NCBI GenBank assembly: GCA_018985225.1
Contig: JADGIF010000022.1
Span: forward strand, 6,172-38,171
Reading direction: 5' to 3'
DNA: 32,000 nt
From: Amoeboradix gromovi X-113
Taxonomy: Eukaryota; Fungi; Sanchytriomycota
Below the pieces are notes generated by a model. The model was not told the origin of the DNA. It ran no database searches and saw nothing but the letters and a program-made list of their open reading frames with translations. Position 1 is the first letter of the stretch; each line of letters starts with the position of its first letter. Positions 1 through 9,126 of the stretch are shown here, in pieces. The position numbers and the translations under genes are program-made.

Positions 1-543
1 GCTGCAGAACTCGGAAATGGATTAGCGCACAAGATATTAGGAACGGCTTATCTGAACGGGGATTTAGGGCTACAAAAAGACTATTTAAAGGGATTTCAAC
101 ACTTTCAATCATCATTGCAGTGCGGATGTCCAGACTCCCATATAAACATTGCAGAATGTTACCAAAATGGAGTAGGGGTAGACCAGAGTAATGAGCTAGC
201 ATTTGAGCATTATAAACTGGCTGCCCAGGCTAAGCCATTTAATCCAGAAAGTCAGTATAAGTTTGGACAAATTTATGAACAAGGGTTATTATGTGAGCAA
301 AACTATACACGCGCTATATACTGGTATGCGGCTAGTGCTAAATTAGATTATGGACCCAGTGCGTTTAGGTTAGGTTACATTTACGAGAATGGGTATGGAG
401 TAGAAAAGGACTTAAAGCGGGCATACGGAATGTATTGCCATGCAGCAGAATCTACGAGGACACCGGTTTTAGAAGCTAAAAAGTGCGCAGAGAAGATTAA
501 GCCCACAAGAATATCACAAGTACTGAGTTACTTTGGAAATTAA
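1..543 (+). CDS. Sel1-repeat (SLR) protein, 5'-truncated by the window edge (Skt5/Chs4-like)
   Basis: Frame open from base 1 (AAELGNGLAHKILGTAYLNGDLGLQKDY...). Repeated SLR motifs: AECYQNGVGVDQS, FGQIYEQG, LGYIYENGYGVEKD. Stop TAA at 541-543. Confidence 0.85.
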   Translation, partial: AAELGNGLAHKILGTAYLNGDLGLQKDYLKGFQHFQSSLQCGCPDSHINIAECYQNGVGVDQSNELAFEHYKLAAQAKPFNPESQYKFGQIYEQGLLCEQNYTRAIYWYAASAKLDYGPSAFRLGYIYENGYGVEKDLKRAYGMYCHAAESTRTPVLEAKKCAEKIKPTRISQVLSYFGN

Positions 544-1136
544 TAAAAAATGTATAACTTAGGATATCTGGTTTACTTGCTTGAAATATGTGCACTTTGT
601 TCAGGACGTACTCCACGAAAACCATAAGGCCCAGAAGAATATCTCAAATACATAGTACTACTCAGGTAGAAATGGCGGAGTTTATCACATATGCTTTAGT
701 GACGCCTTTCATAACTACCCACTTGGCATTTTAGGACGTAAAGGACTTGTACTATAAAAAGTAAAATAGAGGGGAATAAAAAAGGTATAATAAAAAGATA
801 AAGAGTTATTGACCAAACTCCGGGAAAGAAACAATCAAAACTGTATTACACTAAGCTTGATTAATTTCACTGACTCCAATATTACGATGAATACCAGCAC
901 TTAACGAAGTGTATCACAGGCTTCAAAGAGTTAAGTCAAAAGAATCTAGGAAGAGGCATCTTTGGTATGACGTGTAAGTTTATTGGACCATTTTAACTTA
1001 TTTAAAGCGGACAAATGGACCTTTTAAGTTTTCCGAATCTCTATAGATCTCGATTTCTCGTTTTCAAGAGTCTCATGATTTAACCAATCAGATGTCAATA
1101 TATTTTATCAAAACGCGTTCGCAGAAAGAAACAGCC

Positions 1137-2135
1137 ATGATACTTATAACTCTTCTTTACAGTTTTACAGAGGAATGCGAAAATGTCGTGAATTTAGCTA
1201 GAGGATTAGGAATGGAGAGCAGTAATCCGACAGAGTTTACTAGCATACTCAACAATTGTTGTAGTTCAAAAGGGATAACCTGCTCTGGTGCAATTGTTGG
1301 GATTAAATGGAATGGTTACAACTTAGAAGGTAAAATAAATGGGACTGCACTGCCACCATACTTACGAGTACTGCATTTAGAAGATAATAAAATTTACGGA
1401 GATATCCCTACACTACCCTCTACTTTAACTCAGTTTTTTCTAGACAACAACAACATCAACGGGTCACTGCCTGATAAGCTGCCAATAGGATTACAATATG
1501 TATCGCTAACTTACAATATGATGTCCGGAAATTTCCCCACTCTTCCACAGAGTATACAAAATCTGTATTTGAGTCCAGGTAATCTCTTCTCTGGTAGTTT
1601 AGTGTTCAAATACCCAGTCTCATTTTCAATATACGGTAACTGGATAAGCGATGTTGTAGTTTATAACTCTAGTAGGATTACAAGCTGCGATATCTCGAAT
1701 AATCCACTGCTGAACAATCCCCATATTGCAAATCTTACAATGTGTACTAAAAATGATTTGTATAGCTTTGATACTCTATCGGCTGCTAGATTAGATTCTT
1801 TTTTAACCTCTGAAGATGCGGCGACGTACAATTTAAAAACTAGGACATCTAAGCCATTATCGACAACTGATTTTTACCTAGAAAGCACCGATTCATATGA
1901 ATCCGACTTTTACGAGTCTACCTTTATTGTTGACATCAAAAATTCTGATAAGGGCGAACCAATATTTGAATTGTCCTCTTTTGTAATTTATTTAGCAGTC
2001 GGGGGAGTTTTGTTGATAATAGTTATGTGTTTAAGTATCTTTATATTATGTAAAAATGCCAAGACAAAATCCAGATTTGCTGTTAATGATAGCATTAAGA
2101 AGGCTAGAAGTTCCTTTTTTAGAAAGTCAATCTAG
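1137..2135 (+). CDS. Leucine-rich-repeat type I membrane protein
   Basis: Hydrophobic start MILITLLYSF (ATG 1137; an upstream in-frame ATG is at 1092). Cys cap CC...GITC, LRRs (LHLEDNKIYGDIP, FFLDNNNINGSLP, CDISNNPL), Ser/Thr-rich stalk, one TM segment, short basic tail. Confidence 0.85.
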   Translation: MILITLLYSFTEECENVVNLARGLGMESSNPTEFTSILNNCCSSKGITCSGAIVGIKWNGYNLEGKINGTALPPYLRVLHLEDNKIYGDIPTLPSTLTQFFLDNNNINGSLPDKLPIGLQYVSLTYNMMSGNFPTLPQSIQNLYLSPGNLFSGSLVFKYPVSFSIYGNWISDVVVYNSSRITSCDISNNPLLNNPHIANLTMCTKNDLYSFDTLSAARLDSFLTSEDAATYNLKTRTSKPLSTTDFYLESTDSYESDFYESTFIVDIKNSDKGEPIFELSSFVIYLAVGGVLLIIVMCLSIFILCKNAKTKSRFAVNDSIKKARSSFFRKSI

Positions 2136-2182
2136 TAAATCATTCTGCTTTATATTTTTCAAAACTTTTCAATTCCTTTGAT

Positions 2183-4976
2183 ATGGAAGAGCTGGAGTTG
2201 TTAAGACTCAAGGGCGTATTGACTAGGGAGCATCTTGATATTTATTTTGATCCCAACAACTCTGAATATTTTTATCGTAATGGCATGCCTTCCAATACAC
2301 CAATTGTAAACTATTCTGGCCCTGACTGCTTAAGAGCTATTTATTCAACAATTCAAGGTGCGTATACCCCAGTTAACATTAGGAACCCATCAATTGACTT
2401 TATTTTTCAATTTTTGAAGCTCTCTAACCATTTACCAAGTAGTATTTCAAGCATTATTGAGCTATTGAGATCATTTAATATCACTTTTAATAACATGTGG
2501 AATCATTTCAGACCGTCTATTTGCATAATCGTCAAAGATTTAGTACTAAAGTATTCATCTGTTTATTCGATTCTTGATTTAATCCATGTTTTTTACAATT
2601 CCAAGAAGGCAATTCAAACCGGTTCTCAACCCATTGATAAGTTGTTTCCGTGTGCTCTGCAAGAATCTTTGGATAATTTGGATCATTTTACTTGGGATAA
2701 CCCAACATTAAAGCTAAATGAAAATGACGCAAATACAATTCTTTGTAACAAGGATAGCTCTTACGTAATTCTACCATTTTTATATCCTCATTTTGCAAAG
2801 TGCCATGGAAAATCACTAGCTAACGTCAATAGCAGATCGAAATCTTCCCTAACCACCAGTATTGCTCCTACTAGTTATACATTGAAACAAATTCAATCTA
2901 TAGATGAGGTTGTTAGCGAGTCCACAGTCGTTTTACAGCTCCCTAACAATATGTCACCATATAAGTACTTTTGGGTAACATTTCATTATAACATGGGTGT
3001 ATGTATTAGTAATAGAACAAAAGATTTGCCCAACTTACTGTCTAATAATGTCTTGAACGATTTGACTGTCCTGTTCACTCAGAACAAAGTCAAGTTTGGT
3101 GCTGATCAGTTGGCTATATACTGTGCCCGCATATTTGCAACTCTAATGCTGTTTAGCACTACAGATGGCAACATGGCGAGTATTCATGAGTATTTAACCA
3201 ACGGGCATGATATTTTAAAAGCTATGGTTTTAATGGGACTGGCAGCTCATTCCAAATCATCCAAATACGATAAAAAGGCTTTTAGCAATGCTCATTTGAT
3301 ATCATTCATCACTGCGGACGATTCTTCTTACATATTAAGAGCTGCCAAATACATATCGAAGGGACTGCTACTAATGAATGCGCCTAGAAGAGTGCCTTAT
3401 AGTAAACAGTCCAGTAAACCAAACAGTACAGACTATCTGCAAGAATGTTGCAATGTGCTGTTGACATTTAATTCTAATTCTACAGTTGGTGATCTACAGG
3501 ATGTTGATTTCACATGCCACAATGGATTAACCAGTGATATGGATATGATGGTGGTCGGTTGTGGTGTTGGGTTTGGATTAACTGTCATGAATTTGGAGAA
3601 CAACAGGATATTAAACAGACTAATAAATAATCTTATTAAAGGTATCAGTACTGATAGGCTACCATTTGCTAATAAAACAGGGATGTACATAGCGTTAATG
3701 TTGCATTATTTAAATACTAATCAATTGCCAACATCAGTAAACATATTTAATAAAATTGATACCCCAGATGCATTCTTGGTATACAAAACTAAGTATTCTG
3801 TAGAGGAGACATTGTATAGAGCTCTGTTGATATCTATCTCCAGTAATTTAAGTATGGCGGATTGTTTAAAGGCCAGTACATTTCCATTTATTCACATTGG
3901 TAGGGATTATACCAGTGATTTGGGCAACTCTGATTTGCAATCACACTATTATGCTATAATAACAGGCACGTTTCTTGGGAAGTGCATTCTAAACATTGGA
4001 ACAAGTGATCCGGGACTACTGGCTGAGTTCAATAAGATTTGCAAATGTTTCAAGGCAATATCGGCTATACATAACGCACAAACTCATTTCTATAGTAACA
4101 CTTGTATAATGGGCATATGCTGTGTGTTCAGTGGTAGCTGTTCTGACTCAATTACCAGTTTCATCAAAAAAAGGATTTTAATTTCAGTTGAGTATTCACA
4201 TCACGCCGCACTACAACAAAGTCTTGGATTGTTATTTCTAGGTAACGGTACCTGCTGTATACGCAATTCACTTGTTGGACAGGCATTTACACTTTTATTA
4301 GTATTTCCAGATCAGCCATTAGACTTGGAAGATTCAACATTATTATTTCCAGCACTGAGGTACCTATGGCTACAAGCAATTGATGATAGAAAGTACGAAA
4401 CCATAAATATGTTAGACGGTAAAAAATTGAATGTATGTGCTGAAGTAAAAAGCAGTTTTACTGAGAATAAGAAATTGCAAATGACTCCAGTTTTGATACA
4501 AAATACAAATGGATCACAGGTAATTACAATTCAAGACAACGATTATGAGCCGCTAAATGTTGAATTATACATGAACGAGCACTCTGGAATTAAGACGGAC
4601 GATAAACAAGTTAAAAAGGGAAGTATTCATTTACTACCAAAAATTGTACATCCACTACATCAAGTAACTCAGATTCATGTAGAGCATATATAACGATGAA
4701 GTGAACACAGTGGGCATGAGTAGTGACATGTACTATACGCTAAAATCTTTAAAGAACGTAAATGCATACTTAAGAGATGATTTCTTAATGATTAAAATGA
4801 ATAAGCTAAGAAGCGAATGTGAATTGATTAACTACATGTGGGATGTAAAGTTATTAAAGGCATACGTCATAAATAACGATTCCATGATATCCATGCAGTC
4901 AATACATGAGCTGATAGAGAAATTGGAATCAAAAAGAGAAGCGAATAGAGCATTTAAGGAGTACGATGATGAGTAA
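2183..4976 (+). CDS. APC1: Anaphase-promoting complex subunit 1, divergent and short; predicted exons 2183-4663 and 4683-4976
   Basis: PC-repeat and C-terminal motifs resembling APC1: LMGLAA, GCGVGFGLTVM, YSHHAALQQSLGLLFLGNG, FPALRYLWLQAID. Removing GT..AG 4664-4682 joins the two track ORFs in frame. Confidence 0.75.
4664..4682 (+). other. Predicted 19-nt spliceosomal intron (gtaactcagattcatgtag)
   Basis: GT-AG boundaries. Its removal fuses ORF 2183-4693 in frame with ORF 4701-4976. Same length as the ORM1 intron. Confidence 0.6.
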
Positions 4977-5083
4977 CGAGTAAATATTGTTTAAAATTCA
5001 TAAAAATACGGGAATGTGGTTGTTCGAACACCACCAATTTAAATGAGGAAAACAAAGCTCGAGAATATCAAACGAATTCATAT

Positions 5084-5502
5084 TTATTGCTGGTTTTTGC
5101 GGTCATAATAGTTTTCCACCTTTGCAATACCCAAATTAACCACACGGGGACAGCCGTCTCTCTACGTTAGAACAGTTTTGCTCAGATAGTCTAAAAGATG
5201 TTATCATCGCTATCAGTAACAGCCTCTTTTGTCCTCTTTGCAAAAATTAAACTTACATCCTTTTCCATAACAGTACATACCCTACAGTAAAAGGCGTCGG
5301 AGGCGCCAGGTGCATTGCAAATTATGCATCTCCCTTGCGATGCCCCAAGTCCGCATTCATCACATATTCGGGCTCTGGTCTCCATTTCAACAAAACTGTC
5401 GCACAGTATACAGCGGCCATCGTGTGTGGCGCAAACTCTTCCTATTGAAATACCCGACATTTTACGGCATAATGTCAAGTCATGATGATATTTAGTTGCC
5501 AT
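5084..5502 (-). CDS. PHF5A: PHF5A/Rds3 SF3b splicing factor; exons 5502-5257 and 5161-5084
   Basis: HHDLTLCRK...GRCILCDSFV...RICDEC...GRCIIC...DAFYC...MEKD, then a 95-nt intron GTAAGT...CTAACGTAG (5256-5162), then the conserved RDGCPRVVNLG. Confidence 0.95.
5176..5245 (-). ncRNA. Intronic box C/D snoRNA candidate
   Basis: Terminal stem TTTTGC/GCAAAA, variant box C AAGAGGA, D' CTGA (5216-5213), C'-like CGATGA and box D CTGA (5185-5182). Guide AGAGGCTGTT is complementary to conserved LSU rRNA AACAGCCUCU. Confidence 0.7.
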
Positions 5503-5547
5503 GTATGCCCGAAACTTGGAGCGTGATGAAAACTATCGCAAAGAATC

Positions 5548-5680
5548 ATACTCTCATTTATTCAAAATAGATTGACCATCGTAGCGAATTCTTCAGTCTC
5601 TCAAGAAATTCCGTCGCTGTTACTCTGAGTGCATAGTTGAATTTGAAAGTTTAAAGGAGCGTCCCTCAAAAGTACTTTAA
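5548..5680 (+). ncRNA. U5-snRNA-like sequence with non-canonical loop 1 (variant or pseudogene)
   Basis: 5' ATACTC can pair with GAGTG. Stems GTAGCGA/TCGCTGT and ATTCTT/AAGAAAT, 3' CCG bulge, ACTCTGAGT, Sm-like AATTTGA. The loop reads CAGTCTCTC rather than GCCTTTTAC. Confidence 0.35.
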
Positions 5681-5689
5681 AAGAAACGT

Positions 5690-6250
5690 TTATTGTTCAT
5701 ATGTTTTTGGAATCATACCTTCTGGTGGTTTCACCTCAACTTTTTTCGCTTTCACTTCATCCCAATTTGTGCTTAACACAGTTCCGCCTGATTCCTGATA
5801 ACTCTTCATCATAGCTTTTTGTGCTTCTGGTCCGGCATCTTTGTATAGCGTTTTAAAGAAATCATTCGGATCCGCACCCTCTTTTTCCTTTTCGATGTTT
5901 TCATCCTCGGTATTTAACTTATCCCACTTGTGATATGATTTCCCCAAATACTCGTGTTTGGGCTCAGGATGAGGTGCATGCAAATGTTCTGGTTGCGTTT
6001 CTTTTCTTTCTAAAGATGGCCATAGTTCATTTTCGACTTTTTTGAGCTCTATGGACTGTTTTTTCTTACCTTTTTCAATCTTACTCTGACTTGGATTCAC
6101 TTCATAAGCCAATTCAATTTGTTGTGTAACATCATCCTGGGAAATGATAATTTTAAATGGCCCTATTTCTATTTTGGCATCTGGGCTATATATCTCAACA
6201 GTGACATTTGATTCCGTTTGAAAATACTGATAACGAATAGTCATCGTCAT
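5690..6250 (-). CDS. SGT1: SGT1 co-chaperone (CS + SGS domains, no TPR)
   Basis: RYQYFQTESNVTV (CS domain) and FFKTLYKD...KAMMKSYQESGGTVLSTNWDEV (SGS domain). Confidence 0.95.
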   Translation of the reverse strand: MTMTIRYQYFQTESNVTVEIYSPDAKIEIGPFKIIISQDDVTQQIELAYEVNPSQSKIEKGKKKQSIELKKVENELWPSLERKETQPEHLHAPHPEPKHEYLGKSYHKWDKLNTEDENIEKEKEGADPNDFFKTLYKDAGPEAQKAMMKSYQESGGTVLSTNWDEVKAKKVEVKPPEGMIPKTYEQ

Positions 6251-6298
6251 TGTGGTTTCAAGGATCCCACCATCTAAAAAAGTTTTAATTGTAAAAAA

Positions 6299-7477
6299 TC
6301 ATTTATTGACTTTAACCTTGAACCATTTTATTACTGTATATGTTATTTGCACAGTGAAACCAAGAACAGGTATGAAGAACTCAACAAAGCTTAAAACTAC
6401 ATCTGTTAAAGGCTCGCTGGATGAGTAATTTATAGCGTACTGAAATAGGTATTCCAGCTGATTAATCATTGCACCATACAAATCATATATAACCACTGCT
6501 AGATTATCTATGGAGTCTCTAAAATAAACAACATCCTCCGCCAAGCTATTCGTTTCGTCAGTTTGTTGGATTGCAAAACTGTGAACCTCATTTAATTGAA
6601 ATTTCCAAAAAGACAACTGCTGAGAGAAAGTCGAGGATTTCATATCATCCATATCTATTTCATTTATGCTGTTGTACCACTTGTTTGGACTCTCAATTGC
6701 TACAGATTCGGAAGAAACGTCCTGGTATAAGTTCATGGACTGGAATGGGCTTTTTAAAGAGCCGCTATCTGTATTTACGTCATTTACCTTGTTGCACGAT
6801 TCAATCAGCAGTTTACACTCTTGTATTCGTTCCAGTATTTCATCGTTTAATGAGTTTGTTTGGTTTTCTAGTTCCTTGACTATCAAATGCATTTCGCTAG
6901 TTACAAATGTCATATTAGGAAGAGCTAACTTGTACTTGAGCAAGTTACTGTAGTTTAGACTCGAATTAGACGAATAAATAGAAGGAGAGGTTTCTGACTT
7001 TTGTGGCATTAAATAATCCCTTGGATCCTTTTCTGCCGTAGAATGACTTTCAGATTTTACTAATATATCGCTAATACTCTCCATCATAGGCGAAATGCAT
7101 CTAATGTCTTCTAGTAGTTCGCACCTTCGCATATCAACTACGCGTACGTCGTATTTATGAATTTTATTTCCAGTGTACAACGTACCCTGTTTTTTAAATT
7201 CTTTGAAATGTCTTGCTGCGTGAAGAGGATTGTATGTTTTACTATTATTGTGTAACTCTTGTATATAGTTATATTTGTCTTCAATAAACTCTTTTGCATA
7301 GGCTACTCGTTGCTGGGTAGCTGATGAGTTTATATGCACACTTGATGGCGATTTTGATATGGGAAGAGATATTAAAGACTCAATCTCGTCCTCTTGGGGG
7401 TCCAGTAAACTTGTTGCCTTGAAAATATCGCCCATCCCTTTGTTTCTTAGTGAGACATTAAAATTAGACAAACTCAT
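6299..7477 (-). CDS. Hypothetical coiled-coil protein with C-terminal hydrophobic segment (possibly Mtc4-like)
   Basis: 392-aa ORF. YNPLHAAR motif and C-terminal TM-like stretch recall fungal Mtc4-like proteins; weak recall only. Confidence 0.6.
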   Translation of the reverse strand: MSLSNFNVSLRNKGMGDIFKATSLLDPQEDEIESLISLPISKSPSSVHINSSATQQRVAYAKEFIEDKYNYIQELHNNSKTYNPLHAARHFKEFKKQGTLYTGNKIHKYDVRVVDMRRCELLEDIRCISPMMESISDILVKSESHSTAEKDPRDYLMPQKSETSPSIYSSNSSLNYSNLLKYKLALPNMTFVTSEMHLIVKELENQTNSLNDEILERIQECKLLIESCNKVNDVNTDSGSLKSPFQSMNLYQDVSSESVAIESPNKWYNSINEIDMDDMKSSTFSQQLSFWKFQLNEVHSFAIQQTDETNSLAEDVVYFRDSIDNLAVVIYDLYGAMINQLEYLFQYAINYSSSEPLTDVVLSFVEFFIPVLGFTVQITYTVIKWFKVKVNK

Positions 7478-7736
7478 AATTCAGAAGTCTCAAAAAGATA
7501 ATACTTATCATTTAAAAATGCCACATGTCTTTTCATTAAGCTTTAGGTGAGTTTTTGTTAAAAATCTTTTTCTCTCATATCACGTTCGTCAATAAGGAAA
7601 TTAACATTTTCTAACAGTGTCAATTTTTGTTTGGCATCTGGAATGGCAACATAGTTGTGCTCAAAGCTGTCACCGCGATAATGAATCGCAATATTATCGC
7701 CTTCCTTTAGTTTCTCGCATCTTGGCTTTGCTTTTA

Positions 7737-8160
7737 CCTATTGGGACACCAAATATAAAAACTAGACTAAGTCGTCTTTAAAGGAGGTGCTCCATAAGGA
7801 GGAAATTAATAAAATTCCTTTCATTAACGTCATTCCTCCCTTTAAAATAAAACAAGATGACTCAATATCTCTTTCAATACACAAGGTAAGCAAAATATGC
7901 ATTATCTTAGACGATACTCTTTATCTGTTCCATTTTCTTTTTATTCTTACCGCCTTTCGTATAACTTAGGTTCTGTTTTCTCTTCTTATTAATCATTGTT
8001 TTTAAGATTCTGATGGATGAAAAGCTTTCATACTAAAATAATTTACTTGAACCACTCAGATTAATTTAATTTAATTTACTATCAGTTAATACACACTTGA
8101 TATAGCGATTCAAACTATTTCAGAAAGTTAGTCTAGTTTTTATATTTGATGTCCCAGCTG
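7737..8160 (-). mobile_element. Non-autonomous TIR element (Fanzor1 remnant) with both TIRs and TA flanks
   Basis: TIR GGGACA(C/T)CAAATATAAAAACTAGACTAA at 7743-7770, inverted at 8128-8155 (27/28 identical). TA at 7735-36 and 8161-62. Minus-strand decayed peptide KEYRLR*CIFCL...IERDIESSCFILK...FPPYGAPPLKTT* with its stop inside the TIR. Confidence 0.8.
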
Positions 8161-8694
8161 TATGACTTTCTAGGGTTTTCCAATGCTTTGAATACTCGAT
8201 ATTCTTCATTTTGGCAAACGGTAAATTGAATCAATGGATGTAATTCTGAACATGCCAAATCTAAAGAAATAACTAATAGTTGTAGTGTACATTCATTAAC
8301 GTCAAGGAGCTAGTCCAAACATGGAACAATTAGTTGCCATCTAACGCCTAGAAAAAGAGATCAACGACAAATAAAGCTATAAACTATTTATTTAATAATT
8401 CGTATGTGATGGGTCTTACCACACGTGCAACAACTCAATATCTTGATACTTACTATGCATGTACAAGGGTGGCAATCTCAAGAAAACCAACTTGGAGAGC
8501 TACACTTGTACCCGTTTGGGGATAGAGATCATATGGTAGCAAGAACATATACATCAAGTATATGCATCCTTATTCGATTCCACTCAAGGGTAGTGAAAGC
8601 GTAAGCTATCAGTGTAACGGATCTATTAGCATCGCCAGTTTCTCTCTGGGAATTCTAAAATTTCTCAGAAGTCAGGACTTCTAACGAAGAGTCT
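8161..8694 (+). mobile_element. Internally deleted IS607-like element: TnpA HTH remnant plus Fanzor2 C-terminal remnant (copy A)
   Basis: 8218-8380 reads EHAKSKEITNSCSVHSLTSRS*SKHGTISCHLTPRKR (MerR-type HTH typical of IS607 serine recombinases). 8460-8684 reads, with frameshifts, CTR.GNLKKTNLESYTCTR..DRDHMVARNIYIKY...QDF*. Homologous to 18296-18860 at both ends. Confidence 0.85.
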
Positions 8695-9126
8695 ACCCGC
8701 TTTGAAACAGTATATAATTTTACTTGATTAAATCATTTATCGCGATTGAATGCGCTATAAGACTCAAGTATACGCTTCCTCCAGAATTCTTAAGTGCATA
8801 AAACAGCGTATTTAGAAAGTGGTTTAAAAATGAAGTGAATGTACAAACAAGGACGAAAGACTATGCCTGAATGCATCGGTATAGAGGGACGTTGAGCAAC
8901 CCCTCAACTGGAATGTCTGTTAAGAATGACGAAAGACCGGAAGGTAAAGGCAGATAAATATTATCAAGTATTCACCAAGAGCATTGGTGATAAAATCTGG
9001 AAACTTGTACTAGAGTTGATTTACTTTTTGAAAATTCGTTTTAAAAATCATGCCCAGTTTTTATAGAGTGTTCAAGAGCCAGCTATCTTGAGTATTTTGA
9101 AATTTGTAACATTGTGGCTTACTAAC

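Noticed and set aside
760-870. KKGIIK...TPGK fragments as a further TnpA remnant
   Set aside because: It needs frameshifts in A-rich low-complexity sequence and shows no DNA similarity to copies A or B.
8860-8945. rRNA-like ACTATGCCTGAAT, repeated GACGAAAGAC and a small hairpin as an rRNA fragment or hammerhead ribozyme
   Set aside because: The match is only 13 nt, with no CUGAUGA core and no three-stem arrangement.
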